Assembly (NCBI GenBank): GCA_041937175.2
Contig: CP166615.1
Coordinates: forward strand, 960,001-1,024,000
Direction: 5' to 3'
Source: Limnothrix sp. BL-A-16
GTDB taxonomy: Bacteria; Cyanobacteriota; Cyanobacteriia; CACIAM-69d
DNA: 64,000 nucleotides
The notes beneath the pieces were generated by a model that was given only the letters and a program-made list of their open reading frames with translations, was not told the origin of the DNA and searched no databases. Numbering within the stretch: position 1 is the stretch's first letter; each line of letters opens with the position of its first letter. Made by a program: the position numbers and the translations under genes. Positions 11,330 through 21,716 of this stretch are shown here, piece after piece.

Positions 11330-14300
11330 TTATTGCAACTGGGCCAGGCGATCGCGCAGTAGTTGAGCTTGGGTTTCCGCTTCGGCCAAGGCGGCGCGGG
11401 CGCTGGCCACCACGTCGGCCGGGGCCTTGTCCACAAAGCCCGGATTGCTGAGGCGACCCGACAGCCCTTTGATTTCCCCTTCGGCCTTGGTCAGGGCCTT
11501 GGTCAGCTTGGCCCGCAGGGCGGCCAAGTCCACCACGCCATCCACCAGGGGCAGCAACACTTGAGTCGTACCGACCACGCCGGCCATGGCCCGCTCGATC
11601 GGGATCGCTGCCGGTTCCGCCTGGCCCAGGTCGATCGGCAGCTTCACCTCGGGGGCTTGGGCGGCCGGCAACTGGCGGGGCTGCGGAGTGGCTGCGGCCG
11701 GAGCGTCCCCAGGATAGGCCCGCACCGCGAAGGGATTGCCCTCGCCGATGTAGGTCAGCTTGGTTTGACGAACGCCGTTAGCAAAGGCCGCTCGATCGCG
11801 TGCAAACAGCAGGGTCTTGGGCAGGTGGTAAACCGTCCAGAAGAAGCCAATCAACTGGAAGATCGAGGGCAGCAACGGAATCTCATCGATCGCATCCAGG
11901 GTGCTGTTGGCCAAATAGAGCGCAAAGACCGCCGTTCCGATCATCGCCAAGGTCAGCAGGGCCACCCGCCGTTTTTCGCTCTGCTCCCAAGCCAGTTGGT
12001 CGGGATCCAGAGCCATCCCGTCGGTGGCGATCGCCTGTAGCAGGGCCGCCGTGTCCGTATCCATCAGGGTCGGTTCCGGTGCTGCCGGTTCCGCCGTTGG
12101 GGTCACCGCAGTTGCACCGCTCTGGATCGTCAGGTCAGACACCTTGGCCAGGTTGCAAATGTAGGCGCGACCCACTTCAAAGGCCGTCCGTTCCCGATCG
12201 GTCTCCGGTTGCAGGACGATCGGCACTTTCTGGCTGGGTTTAATGTCCGCCTCGGCCCGCAGGTTCCGGATCGTGCGGATCGCGTTGATGATCGCCTCAA
12301 ATTGCGCTTCTAGCTCTAGGTCGATCGCCCGGGCGATCGCCACCGGGTAGGCTTGCAGGGCCAGGAATTCCGTCGCCGCCGCCCCCGTCAGAGCGTGCCA
12401 CACCTCTTCGGTAATGTGGGGCATGAAGGGATGCAACAGCTTCAGCGTCCCATCCAAAACCAGGGCCAATACCTGCTGCACCGTTCGCCGGGCCGCCGGA
12501 TCTTCGCCATTCAATCGGGGCTTCACCAGCTCGATATACCAATCGCAGAAGTCGCCCCAAATAAACTCATAGAGACCCTTGGCCGCCTCACCCAAACCGT
12601 AGTGATCAATGTCGTGGCGGGTTTGGCGCACCGTTTGGTTAAAGCGCGACAGAATCCAGCGATCGGCTAGCTCCAGGCGATCGGCCTCCGGCGCACCCAA
12701 ACTAGTCGGCGTTTCCCCGGCCAGATTCATCAACACAAACCGCGACGCATTCCAGAGCTTGTTGGCAAAGTTGCGCGAGGCTTCCACGGACACCGACTCA
12801 TCGGTTTTGCGGTTGTAGTCCAGGCGAATATCTTGACCTGCGCCGGCCACTTCCCGCACCAGGGTGTAGCGCACCGCATCCGTGCCGTATTTGTCGATCA
12901 ACAGCAAGGGATCAATGCCATTGCCCTTGGACTTCGACATTTTCTGGTTATTTTCGTCCCGCACCAGCCCATGGACATAGACCGTCTTGAAGGGCATTTG
13001 GCCGGTGAAATAACCTGCCATCATCGTCATCCGGGCTACCCAGAAAAAGATGATGTCAAAGCCCGTCACCAACATTGTGTTCGGGTAATAGGCTTGGAAA
13101 TCGGGGGCGGCTGCGTCGGGCCAACCCAGGGTCGAGAAGGGCCACAGACCGGACGAGAACCAGGTATCCAGCACGTCCTCATCCCGCTCCAGCACCGCCT
13201 CTTCGCCGTAGCGGGCTTGGGCTTGTTTGAGGGCATCGGCTTCCGTGCGGGCCACGATGAAGGGCGTATGCTCGGTGACTTGGCCGTTGGTTTCGCTGAT
13301 CACGTACCAGGCAGGAATTTGGTGACCCCACCAGAGTTGGCGGGAGATGCACCAATCGCGCAGGTTCAGCAGCCAATCGCGATAGACCTTGGTCCAGCGA
13401 TCAGGCACAAACAGCGGCTCCCGGTTGTTTTCCAAATCCGCCAGGGCTTTTTCGGCCAAGGGGCGAATTTTCAGGAACCATTGGGACGACAACAGCGGCT
13501 CTACGGGCACTTTGCCCCGCTCGCTGTAGGGCACCGAGTGGCGATAGGCTTCCACCTTTTCCAGGTAGCCCAGCTCCTCCATCTTGGCCACGAGGTTTTT
13601 GCGGGCCACGAACCGATCTTGGCCGCAGAACTCTCCGCCGTTTTCGTTCACCGTGCCGTCTTTGTTCAGGATTTCGATTTGGGGCAGGTTGTGGCGTTTG
13701 CCCATCTCGAAATCGTTGGGATCGTGGGCCGGCGTGACTTTCACGCAGCCCGTGCCAAAGGTCGGATCGACGAATTCATCGCCAATGATCGGGATTTCCC
13801 GGCCCACCAGCGGCAGGGTGACGGTTTGGCCAATCAGGACCTTGTAGCGATCGTCCTTGGGGTTCACGGCCACCGCCGTATCGCCCAGCATGGTTTCCGG
13901 GCGAGTCGTCGCGACGATCACTTCACCAGAGCCATCGGTCAGCGGGTAGCGGAAATGCCAGAGGCTGCCGTCCACCTCTTTGTTGTCCACTTCCAAATCG
14001 GACACGGCCGACTGGGAGGCGGGGCACCAGTTGACCATATATTTGCCGCGATAGATCAGCCCGTCTTCGTGGAGCCGCACAAAGGCTTCCAACACGGCGT
14101 TGGAGAGGCCTTCGTCCATGGTGAACCGCTCGCGATCCCAATCGACGGACAGGCCCAGGCGGCGCATTTGCCCGACGATCGTGCCGCCGGATTCTTCCTT
14201 CCAAGTCCAGGCGCGATCGAGAAAGGCCTCACGGCCCAGGGCAAAGCGATCCGTACCTGCATCCTTCAGTTGCTTGTCAAGGATGGCCTGTACCGCGATG

Positions 14301-14569
14301 CTGGCGTGGTCGGTGCCCGGCAGCCACAGGGTGTTGCGCCCGGTCATCCGGTGGTAGCGCACAAAGGCATCGATCAAGGAATGCTCAAAGGCATGGCCCA
14401 TGTGCAGACTGCCGGTGACGTTCGGCGGCGGAATCACCACACAAAACGGCTCGCCAGCGGCATTCACATCGGCCGCAAAGGCAGCGGAGTCCTCCCAGGT
14501 GGTCTGCCATTTGGCTTCGGCAGCTTTGGGATCGTATTGGGTGGGAAGCGCGTCTACCGAGGCAGTCAT
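11330..14569 (-). CDS. valS: Valine-tRNA ligase with CAAD membrane-anchor insertion
   Basis: [12 protein letters not shown] (HIGH), [27 protein letters not shown]-terminal coiled coil; ~170-aa insert with two hydrophobic helices. Confidence 0.97.
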   Translation of the reverse strand: MTASVDALPTQYDPKAAEAKWQTTWEDSAAFAADVNAAGEPFCVVIPPPNVTGSLHMGHAFEHSLIDAFVRYHRMTGRNTLWLPGTDHASIAVQAILDKQLKDAGTDRFALGREAFLDRAWTWKEESGGTIVGQMRRLGLSVDWDRERFTMDEGLSNAVLEAFVRLHEDGLIYRGKYMVNWCPASQSAVSDLEVDNKEVDGSLWHFRYPLTDGSGEVIVATTRPETMLGDTAVAVNPKDDRYKVLIGQTVTLPLVGREIPIIGDEFVDPTFGTGCVKVTPAHDPNDFEMGKRHNLPQIEILNKDGTVNENGGEFCGQDRFVARKNLVAKMEELGYLEKVEAYRHSVPYSERGKVPVEPLLSSQWFLKIRPLAEKALADLENNREPLFVPDRWTKVYRDWLLNLRDWCISRQLWWGHQIPAWYVISETNGQVTEHTPFIVARTEADALKQAQARYGEEAVLERDEDVLDTWFSSGLWPFSTLGWPDAAAPDFQAYYPNTMLVTGFDIIFFWVARMTMMAGYFTGQMPFKTVYVHGLVRDENNQKMSKSKGNGIDPLLLIDKYGTDAVRYTLVREVAGAGQDIRLDYNRKTDESVSVEASRNFANKLWNASRFVLMNLAGETPTSLGAPEADRLELADRWILSRFNQTVRQTRHDIDHYGLGEAAKGLYEFIWGDFCDWYIELVKPRLNGEDPAARRTVQQVLALVLDGTLKLLHPFMPHITEEVWHALTGAAATEFLALQAYPVAIARAIDLELEAQFEAIINAIRTIRNLRAEADIKPSQKVPIVLQPETDRERTAFEVGRAYICNLAKVSDLTIQSGATAVTPTAEPAAPEPTLMDTDTAALLQAIATDGMALDPDQLAWEQSEKRRVALLTLAMIGTAVFALYLANSTLDAIDEIPLLPSIFQLIGFFWTVYHLPKTLLFARDRAAFANGVRQTKLTYIGEGNPFAVRAYPGDAPAAATPQPRQLPAAQAPEVKLPIDLGQAEPAAIPIERAMAGVVGTTQVLLPLVDGVVDLAALRAKLTKALTKAEGEIKGLSGRLSNPGFVDKAPADVVASARAALAEAETQAQLLRDRLAQLQ

Positions 14570-14772
14570 GGCGACGAGGGCTGAAACGGTGAATGGGATA
14601 ACGGGCGATCGGGGCCTTGAAGGGGCTACCCATCTTACAGGCTGCTATCTTACCCGGTTGCGCACCCTGTTCGCGCTGGGCAACAGAACCGGTTCACCGG
14701 GCGCGATCGGCGCGATCGAGAGATTGTTGGGGATCCCGTGCGATCCTCAGATCCCGAAGCCAGACTCCTGGG

Positions 14773-17700
14773 TCAAGAAATGGCCGCGAGGAATTCTTGA
14801 ATCATGGCTGCCAACTGCTTGAGTCGCACCGGCTTGCTGAGATAATCACTGGCCCCCGCCGCCAAACATCGTTCCCGATCGCCCGCCATCGCCAAAGCCG
14901 TCAGGGCAATGATCGGCACATTGGCCAGGGTCGGATCTTGGCGAATTTGGCGAGTGGCTTCCAAACCATCCATCACCGGCATCTGAATATCCATCAGGAT
15001 CAGATCCGGTGGTGCGGCCTTGGCGAAAGCAACGGCCTCCTCGCCGTTTTTGGCCAGGGTCAGGCGATAGCCCTTCGCTTGCAGATACGCCACGATCGTG
15101 CTGACATTGGCTTCGTTATCCTCCGCCAACAGAATCAACGGCGACTCCAAAGGCACTGCCGGACTGGGTTCCGTCGCCTCGATCGCCCCCGTTGCCGGTT
15201 GATCTGGCCCAGACAGCGTATTTGCACAGGGCAAATCGACTGTAAATCGACTGCCAACACCTAATTCACTCACGAGGGATACTTCTCCACCATGCAATTC
15301 AACAATTCGCTTCACCAGTGCTAACCCCAACCCTGTGCCGGTATACTGCCGATTCAAAGCACTGTCCACCTGCATAAAGGGCTGAAAGAGTTTGCGGACA
15401 TCTTCTGGTGCAATCCCAATTCCGGTATCCACAACCGAAATTTCCAAAAACTGGTGAACTTCTGTTTCCCCCAAACTACTGTTTAGTTTAGGGACTCGCC
15501 GTGACGTTCCCAAACAAACTTCCAAAGCAACAGATCCGTGGTCGGGGGTAAATTTAACCGCATTGTTTAACAGATTAATCAGTACCTGACGCACCCGACG
15601 TTCATCCACCAACAGGTCCGGCAACTTGGGGGAGAGCTGAATCGCCAGTTGAATTCCTTTTTTGAAAGCCTGTTGCTTAACAAACGCCAAGCTTGATTGA
15701 CATAGGGGCGCAACAGGAACCGCTGCAATGTCTAACTCTAGCTGTCCGGCTTCAATTTTGGCCACATCGAGGATGTCATTAATCAATGATAAAAGATGGG
15801 AGCCACTGCGTTCAATGGTTTGAAGCACTCGCTCCTGTTGCTCAGTGATGGGACCAAAAATCGACTCCTGAAGCCCTTCAGTAATTCCCAAAATGGCATT
15901 CAACGGCGTTCGTAACTCATGACTCATGTTCGCTAAGAATTCATCTTTTAACCGAGTGGCTCGTGCCAACTCTTGATTGGAAACGGCCAATTCTTGGTTG
16001 CGATCGGTCAATTGCTGTTGAGCCTGCTGGCGCTCTTGAAGTTCCCGTTGCAATTGTTCAAATAAATTAGCCTGTTGAATTGCCGTGGCCAACTGGTTCG
16101 CAATTTGTTGCAAAAGCTTGGCCTCGGCCCCCTGCCACACCCGCTGTTCCTGGCAAGCATGGATTACTAACACTCCCCACAGGCGGTTATTGTGCCCCAC
16201 GGAAACCCAGCGATCTTCGCTGTGAATATGCACCTCCTGCAAAATAGGAGCCACCACTTTGGACTGAATTTGTCCTGCTTGGGAATATTCCCGCAGGCAA
16301 TCTGTCCACCGATCGTTCATCACATCCGGCACAATTCGCGGCTTTCCCTGCCAATAATGCTCCAAAATTTCTATGGACCAATGCTCATCATCCCACTGGC
16401 GGTTTTTGAGAACCGGAAAACCTGGCGCAACAGATTCTTCAAAAATTTGGCTGTGGCCATTTGGGAACACCTGGAGTATGATTGCACGATCGCACTGAAA
16501 GACCTGCCGCACCTGATCAGTGACCACTTGCAAAATTTCGGCCACATCCAACGATTCTCGAATTCGTTGAGAAATAATGCCTAATAATTCCTGTTGATGG
16601 AGTTGAAGGGCGATTCGCTTTTCCGCTCGCTTGCGAACTAATAACTCGGCCTGCATTCGGTCATACAGGCTGGCTTGTTGGATTGCAATTTCTAATTGAT
16701 TGGCGATTTGCTTAATTAATTCAATTTCTGAAAGCTCCCAATGTCGAATTTTCATGCATTGATGCACACAAAGCAGGCCCCACAAGGCTCCATTACAAAG
16801 CAAAGGCATCACCAAATTAGCCCGCACCGCAAACCGCTTCAAAACATCCGTGTGGCAGGCGTTCAGGCTGCCATCATAGATATCGTCGGTTGCACAATAT
16901 TGTCCTTGGGCATAGCGTTGGAAATAGCTTTCGCCAAAACAGCGATCATCCATCGAAACGGCAATTACCGATGGATATTTGTCATCAACGGATTCCGCAA
17001 CAAACTTGCCATCTTGACATTGAGAATCAGGATTAAATTGAAAGATGCCAACGCGATCGGACTCCATGAGTTTCCGAATTTCCTGACAAGCTGTTTCAAA
17101 CACGATCGAGAGATCCAAAGACTGACGAATTCGTTGAGTAATTTCTAACAGCAGGGTCTCGCGCTTGGCCTGCTGAACCACGATCGCTTCCGTTTGCTTG
17201 AGATCGCTGATGTCCGCAAAATAGCCCACAATTTCTAGGGGCTGATTATACTCATCGCGCACCAAGTAAATTTCATCCCGCACCCACAAGTAGTAGCCAT
17301 CCGCATGAAGTAATCGGTACTCATACTTGTAGCGATCCTCTTCAAATGAACCACTTAGATCATTGAGCACCCTGTCCACATCTTGGGGATGAATTCGGCT
17401 AATCCAGAAGTTTGCATCCTGAATAAACTCCTGGGGCGTGTAACCGAGGATGGATTCTACATTGGGGCTAACAAAGGTTGTGGTGTAGCGTCGATCGAGC
17501 TTGCGACTGTAAATAACAGCGGGGCTGGAAGCCAACAGAAACTCCAACCGTTCCTTGAGCAGTCGATTTTCCTGCTCTGTGCGCTTGCGATCGGTAATGT
17601 CTTGGACAATGCCCAAAAATCCAATGATTTGATCATTGCGATCCTTCAGACAGCTACGAGACAGGACAGCGGGAAACCGAGAACCATCCTTGCGAACGTG

Positions 17701-20700
17701 AATCCACTCATCTTCGTCCACAACACCCTGGCGGGCCCGGGCCACGAGCACTTCAAACCCTTGGTCGATCGGTTCGCCCAACTCTGCCGATCGCTGGGCG
17801 GCCCGGGTGGCCACCTCCTGGAGGTCGTGGAAAATTTCCGGCGTAAGCTGGCGGATCACTTCGGCAGCCCGATATCCCAACATGCGCTCGGCGGCCGGGT
17901 TGAAGGTGGTAATTAGCCCCTGGATGTCGGTGGCGATCACCGCATAGGGGGCACAGTTCAGAATGGCCTTATGCAGATTGTGAACGCGCCAAAGCTCTTG
18001 GGTTCGCCGTTGAATCGTAATTTCTAGATCCTGGTTGAGCTGCTCAAGGGCGTTGGTGGCTTGCTGGCGTTCGAGTTCGGCTCCAGCCCGAGCCGCAAAG
18101 ATGCGCAAGACGGTTTCGGCCCGGCGGGGCGCTTGAATGGGCCCTTGGTTCAAGATGCAGAGGTGACCAATTTCCAGACCGTGGGAATCCTGGAGGGGAA
18201 CGCTCAGATAGTTGTTGTCGGTGATTTGTGTCAGGCCAGGCACTTGGGGAAACAGGGACTGAAGCAACTGCGGGTGGCAGTCCCCGTGCCAGGGGTAAGG
18301 TAGTTCCCGATCGAAGTGGTTGAGGGCACAGGTGGCGATCGTTTCTACGGTGCCCGCATTCCAAAAGGCCAACACTTGGATTCGATTGCCCATGCGCTCA
18401 GCCACAAAGGCGTGGGAAACATTGAGGGCGGTGGCCAGGTGTTTGACCAGGGCAGGGAAGAAATCGAGGCCGGTGGCGGCGGTTCCTTCGATCAGGTTTT
18501 GGAGGGCAAAGTCAGCCTGTTTGCGATCGGTGATGTTGGTGATGGCTCCCACATGGCCCAGGATATCGCCGTTGAAATTGCGCTCCACCACCGACTGGCC
18601 ATAGACCCACAGCACTTCCCCATCGGGACGTGCCAGGCGATATTCGGCCTTCCAGGGGCGATTGATCTGGATGGCTTGCATCCAGCCGTTGATGACTAAG
18701 GCGCGATCGTCCGGGTGCAGGGTGAGCTGCCAACCATGGCCCAGGGCGGCCCGATGGTCGAGGCCGGTCATTTCACACCAATGATCGTTGACGTATAGGC
18801 AATGGCCGGCAGTATCGGTGCGAAAAATCCCGACGGGGGCCACGGCCAACAGGCTGGCGTATCGCTGGCGACTTTCGCGGAGTTCGAGGGCCGATCGCTT
18901 CCGATCGCTGATGTCCGTGAGGGTTCCCACATAGCCGATCGGTTGCCCCGTGGCATCCCGCTCCACCACCACCCGCATATCCACCCAAGTGACAGCCCGA
19001 TCGGGGTCGGGGCCGTGGCGATGATCGCGAGATTGGAACCGGCATTCTAACTGACAGGAGGACTGTTCCCGCAGATTTTGCTCCCGCAGGGCCAACACCC
19101 AATCCCGATCGTCCGGGTGCAGGGTTTGTTCCCAATCCCAATCAAGGCCCTCTTCAACGGAGCAGCCCAAAATTTGGCAGTAGCGTTCGTTGACGTAGGT
19201 GGGCCGTCCCTGCAAATCCATGCGAAAGATGCCCACGGGCACAACGGCCGCGAGATTGGCATAGCGCTGCTCGCTTTCACGCAGGAAGGCTTCCGCTTGC
19301 GTGCGGGTTTCCAATTCCTGTTGCAATTGCTGGTGAGTGATGGCCTGCTTGAGGGCCACTTCCAATTGCACCGACAGGCCCTTGAGCAATTTCACCTCGT
19401 CGGGTAACCAGTTTCGGGTGGTTTTGCTTTCGGAAGCGCTCAACAATCCCCACAGTTCCTCTTGATAAAGCAAGGGAACCAGGATTTTGGCGCGGGGCCG
19501 CAGCTCGATCGGTAACTTGAGGTGACACCCACCCATGTCACTGGCGGCCACGTCGGGTTCAACCCGGATGTAGCCCTGCCGATAGACCGGTTCTTGGTCA
19601 TGCTGAAACCAGGTACCCTCCAGTTCCGTGCCGATCATGGAAATGGGCAAGTCCGTTGATTCCGCCACCACCCTGGCCCTGGCCTTGTCGGCGGTTTGAA
19701 ATTGCCAAATATTCACCCGATCGCACTGCAAGACCCGTCGCACCTCCTGCACCGTGGTATCCAAAATGCTCTGTAAGCTCAGGGACGATCGAATCTGAGT
19801 GGCCAACGCCACTAACAGCAGTTCCCGTTCTGCCTTGGCCCGCAGGGCCGCCGTGCGGGTTTCCACCTGCTGCTCCAGTTCCTGGTGATGCAGCGTTTTC
19901 AGGGCCTGTTTCTCCGCTTCGAGCTGGTTCACCTTGTGCTCTAGCAGTTCCGCCAGTTTGTATAGCTCCAAGGGGTTCAGAACCCGCAGCAAACTGGTTT
20001 GGGTGACAATGCCCACCAACTCGCCCCGATCGCCCATGACCAAAACGCGCTGGATGTTGCGCTTGGCCATCAACTCATGAACCAACCACAGGGAACTATC
20101 GGCGGCCACGGTGAAGACTGGTGTGCTCATCACCTCTCGTACCGTGAACTGCTGAAAGTCCAAACCTAGGGATTGAAACTGCACCAAGTCCCGTTCCGTC
20201 ACAATTCCCACGGGCTGCTGTTCCGAATCTGTTGCACCCGACTCCACAATCACCACGGATCCCACCTGGCGCTCAGCCATCAGCCGAGCCACATCGAGCA
20301 TGGAACTGGTGACCGCGATCGCCACCACATGGTGGGTCATCACCTCCGAGGCCAACCGCATCCGCAACAGATCGATCGGGCGGGTGGTTTGGCAGAGGCT
20401 TTCGTGGGTCATCAAGCCCACCAAACGGCGATCCGCATCCAGCACGGGCAAATGGCGAATGCCGTGTTTGTGCAACAGCGTGATGGCCGCCATCACGTCC
20501 AGGTCTTCGCAAGTTTTGGTCTGCAAGGTCACCAGGGGCTGGATCATGATCTGGGAGACCGTGAGTTGATCCAAGCAGGTTTGTTGGGCCAACAGTCGCA
20601 CCACATCTCGCTCGGTCACAATCCCGATCGGGCGGTCTTGATCCACCACCAGCACACAGCTCCCCCGAGCCTCTCGCAGCGCCTGCTGGTTGTTGTTTTC

Positions 20701-20862
20701 AGGATCGGTGGATTCCGCAATTCCACAGCTCGATCGCACCTGACTCATCCGATGGAGCGCCGCTACCACGGGTGTGTCTGGTGAAACAATCAGCGGGTTC
20801 TGAATCAAGGCAGCCTGCGGATCCAAAGGAGTCAGGGTGACAGACAAGGCAGCCATAAGCAT
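14773..20862 (-). CDS. Hybrid sensor histidine kinase: 4xCBS, GAF, PAS, PAS, GAF-like, PAS, PAS, GAF, GAF, HisKA, HATPase, REC (cyanobacteriochrome)
   Basis: CBS motifs GIVTERD and IRHLPV; PAS/PAC repeats (HPDDR, DISDRK); FLANMSHELRTPLN; NLLNNAVKFT, DTGIGI, GTGLGL; REC with LAEDNE, LMDIQMPVMDG, SKP. Confidence 0.93.
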   Translation of the reverse strand: MLMAALSVTLTPLDPQAALIQNPLIVSPDTPVVAALHRMSQVRSSCGIAESTDPENNNQQALREARGSCVLVVDQDRPIGIVTERDVVRLLAQQTCLDQLTVSQIMIQPLVTLQTKTCEDLDVMAAITLLHKHGIRHLPVLDADRRLVGLMTHESLCQTTRPIDLLRMRLASEVMTHHVVAIAVTSSMLDVARLMAERQVGSVVIVESGATDSEQQPVGIVTERDLVQFQSLGLDFQQFTVREVMSTPVFTVAADSSLWLVHELMAKRNIQRVLVMGDRGELVGIVTQTSLLRVLNPLELYKLAELLEHKVNQLEAEKQALKTLHHQELEQQVETRTAALRAKAERELLLVALATQIRSSLSLQSILDTTVQEVRRVLQCDRVNIWQFQTADKARARVVAESTDLPISMIGTELEGTWFQHDQEPVYRQGYIRVEPDVAASDMGGCHLKLPIELRPRAKILVPLLYQEELWGLLSASESKTTRNWLPDEVKLLKGLSVQLEVALKQAITHQQLQQELETRTQAEAFLRESEQRYANLAAVVPVGIFRMDLQGRPTYVNERYCQILGCSVEEGLDWDWEQTLHPDDRDWVLALREQNLREQSSCQLECRFQSRDHRHGPDPDRAVTWVDMRVVVERDATGQPIGYVGTLTDISDRKRSALELRESRQRYASLLAVAPVGIFRTDTAGHCLYVNDHWCEMTGLDHRAALGHGWQLTLHPDDRALVINGWMQAIQINRPWKAEYRLARPDGEVLWVYGQSVVERNFNGDILGHVGAITNITDRKQADFALQNLIEGTAATGLDFFPALVKHLATALNVSHAFVAERMGNRIQVLAFWNAGTVETIATCALNHFDRELPYPWHGDCHPQLLQSLFPQVPGLTQITDNNYLSVPLQDSHGLEIGHLCILNQGPIQAPRRAETVLRIFAARAGAELERQQATNALEQLNQDLEITIQRRTQELWRVHNLHKAILNCAPYAVIATDIQGLITTFNPAAERMLGYRAAEVIRQLTPEIFHDLQEVATRAAQRSAELGEPIDQGFEVLVARARQGVVDEDEWIHVRKDGSRFPAVLSRSCLKDRNDQIIGFLGIVQDITDRKRTEQENRLLKERLEFLLASSPAVIYSRKLDRRYTTTFVSPNVESILGYTPQEFIQDANFWISRIHPQDVDRVLNDLSGSFEEDRYKYEYRLLHADGYYLWVRDEIYLVRDEYNQPLEIVGYFADISDLKQTEAIVVQQAKRETLLLEITQRIRQSLDLSIVFETACQEIRKLMESDRVGIFQFNPDSQCQDGKFVAESVDDKYPSVIAVSMDDRCFGESYFQRYAQGQYCATDDIYDGSLNACHTDVLKRFAVRANLVMPLLCNGALWGLLCVHQCMKIRHWELSEIELIKQIANQLEIAIQQASLYDRMQAELLVRKRAEKRIALQLHQQELLGIISQRIRESLDVAEILQVVTDQVRQVFQCDRAIILQVFPNGHSQIFEESVAPGFPVLKNRQWDDEHWSIEILEHYWQGKPRIVPDVMNDRWTDCLREYSQAGQIQSKVVAPILQEVHIHSEDRWVSVGHNNRLWGVLVIHACQEQRVWQGAEAKLLQQIANQLATAIQQANLFEQLQRELQERQQAQQQLTDRNQELAVSNQELARATRLKDEFLANMSHELRTPLNAILGITEGLQESIFGPITEQQERVLQTIERSGSHLLSLINDILDVAKIEAGQLELDIAAVPVAPLCQSSLAFVKQQAFKKGIQLAIQLSPKLPDLLVDERRVRQVLINLLNNAVKFTPDHGSVALEVCLGTSRRVPKLNSSLGETEVHQFLEISVVDTGIGIAPEDVRKLFQPFMQVDSALNRQYTGTGLGLALVKRIVELHGGEVSLVSELGVGSRFTVDLPCANTLSGPDQPATGAIEATEPSPAVPLESPLILLAEDNEANVSTIVAYLQAKGYRLTLAKNGEEAVAFAKAAPPDLILMDIQMPVMDGLEATRQIRQDPTLANVPIIALTALAMAGDRERCLAAGASDYLSKPVRLKQLAAMIQEFLAAIS

Positions 20863-21294
20863 TGCAGAAGGGAAGTTCTTCTATTATTTACTACCCAAGG
20901 GAAAAGCGCTGGATTACTCATTTCATCCATTGATTTTCTCAAGACCATCCAATCATTTCGCCAGTTGTCAGCCAAGAGCGTTGTAAACGGATATGAATTA
21001 ACGAAAGGACTATTGAAAAAAAAGACAATCACAGGATATGTATCAAATCAAACTAAGTAATCAAGATCGGAATAATGATTATCAATAATATCTTTTGCAT
21101 GTTTTTTGATCTTTTTCAAGAATTAATTCTATTGAGTTCCTTTTAAAGTTCATTGCATTTTCAGGAAAGCTTGGTGGTTCAATTTATTTGTACTGATTAA
21201 TTTGCATCAATCGGGAAACGAACCCGTTGTCACAGGTCACAGGTCTGAGTGATTTCAAACGCAACCCATCTTCAAAAACACTTCACAAAGACAG

Positions 21295-21326
21295 AGGGCT
21301 GTCACCCAGTTACTGATGACAGCCCT
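21295..21326. terminator. Stem-loop between aspS and the hybrid kinase (possible terminator)
   Basis: Perfect 10-bp inverted repeat AGGGCTGTCA / TGACAGCCCT with a 12-nt loop; no clear U-tract. Confidence 0.45.
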
Positions 21327-21428
21327 TGAAATTGAAGCGACGAAATTTCGAGAGTCTTGGAGAGGATGCCTGGATTGTTAAAACTGCTACCTAGTGGGTC
21401 TCATCGATCGACAAGAGCAGGGGGCTGA

Positions 21429-21559
21429 GAGGATGTTTGAAAAGTATCTTTTGGCCTTTGCCAAACACCAATAGTTGTGGGGGCAAGATGCTCAAGCCCC
21501 TTGTCTACGTCGATCACTGGAGTGGACAGAGTAGCAATTTTGGCTTTTCAGACATCCTC
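21429..21559 (-). mobile_element. 131-bp MITE, copy 1 (IS5/IS1031-like ends)
   Basis: TIRs GAGGATGTTTGAAAAG ... CTTTTCAGACATCCTC, flanked by TGA on both sides (21426-28, 21560-62). Reverse complement aligns end-to-end with 37493-37622. Confidence 0.85.
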
Positions 21560-21716
21560 TGAGGGGCGATCTCCATTTCCTGGGTACAGAAACTGGAACG
21601 GTCGATGTTCCAAGCCCTAATCGTTGTAACCGGGAGCTTCAGCCCCTGGTTACAGCAATCGGTCTCGTCACAATGGAATCAGGGGATGAAAAGAGCTAAC
21701 AGCCTGGCAATGTCCC

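Noticed and set aside
12833..14584. 583-aa plus-strand ORF (also 21924-23090, 39123-40067, 59224-60138)
   Set aside because: Antisense shadows of valS, aspS, glgP and the TPS gene caused by GC-rich codon bias; no recognisable motifs.
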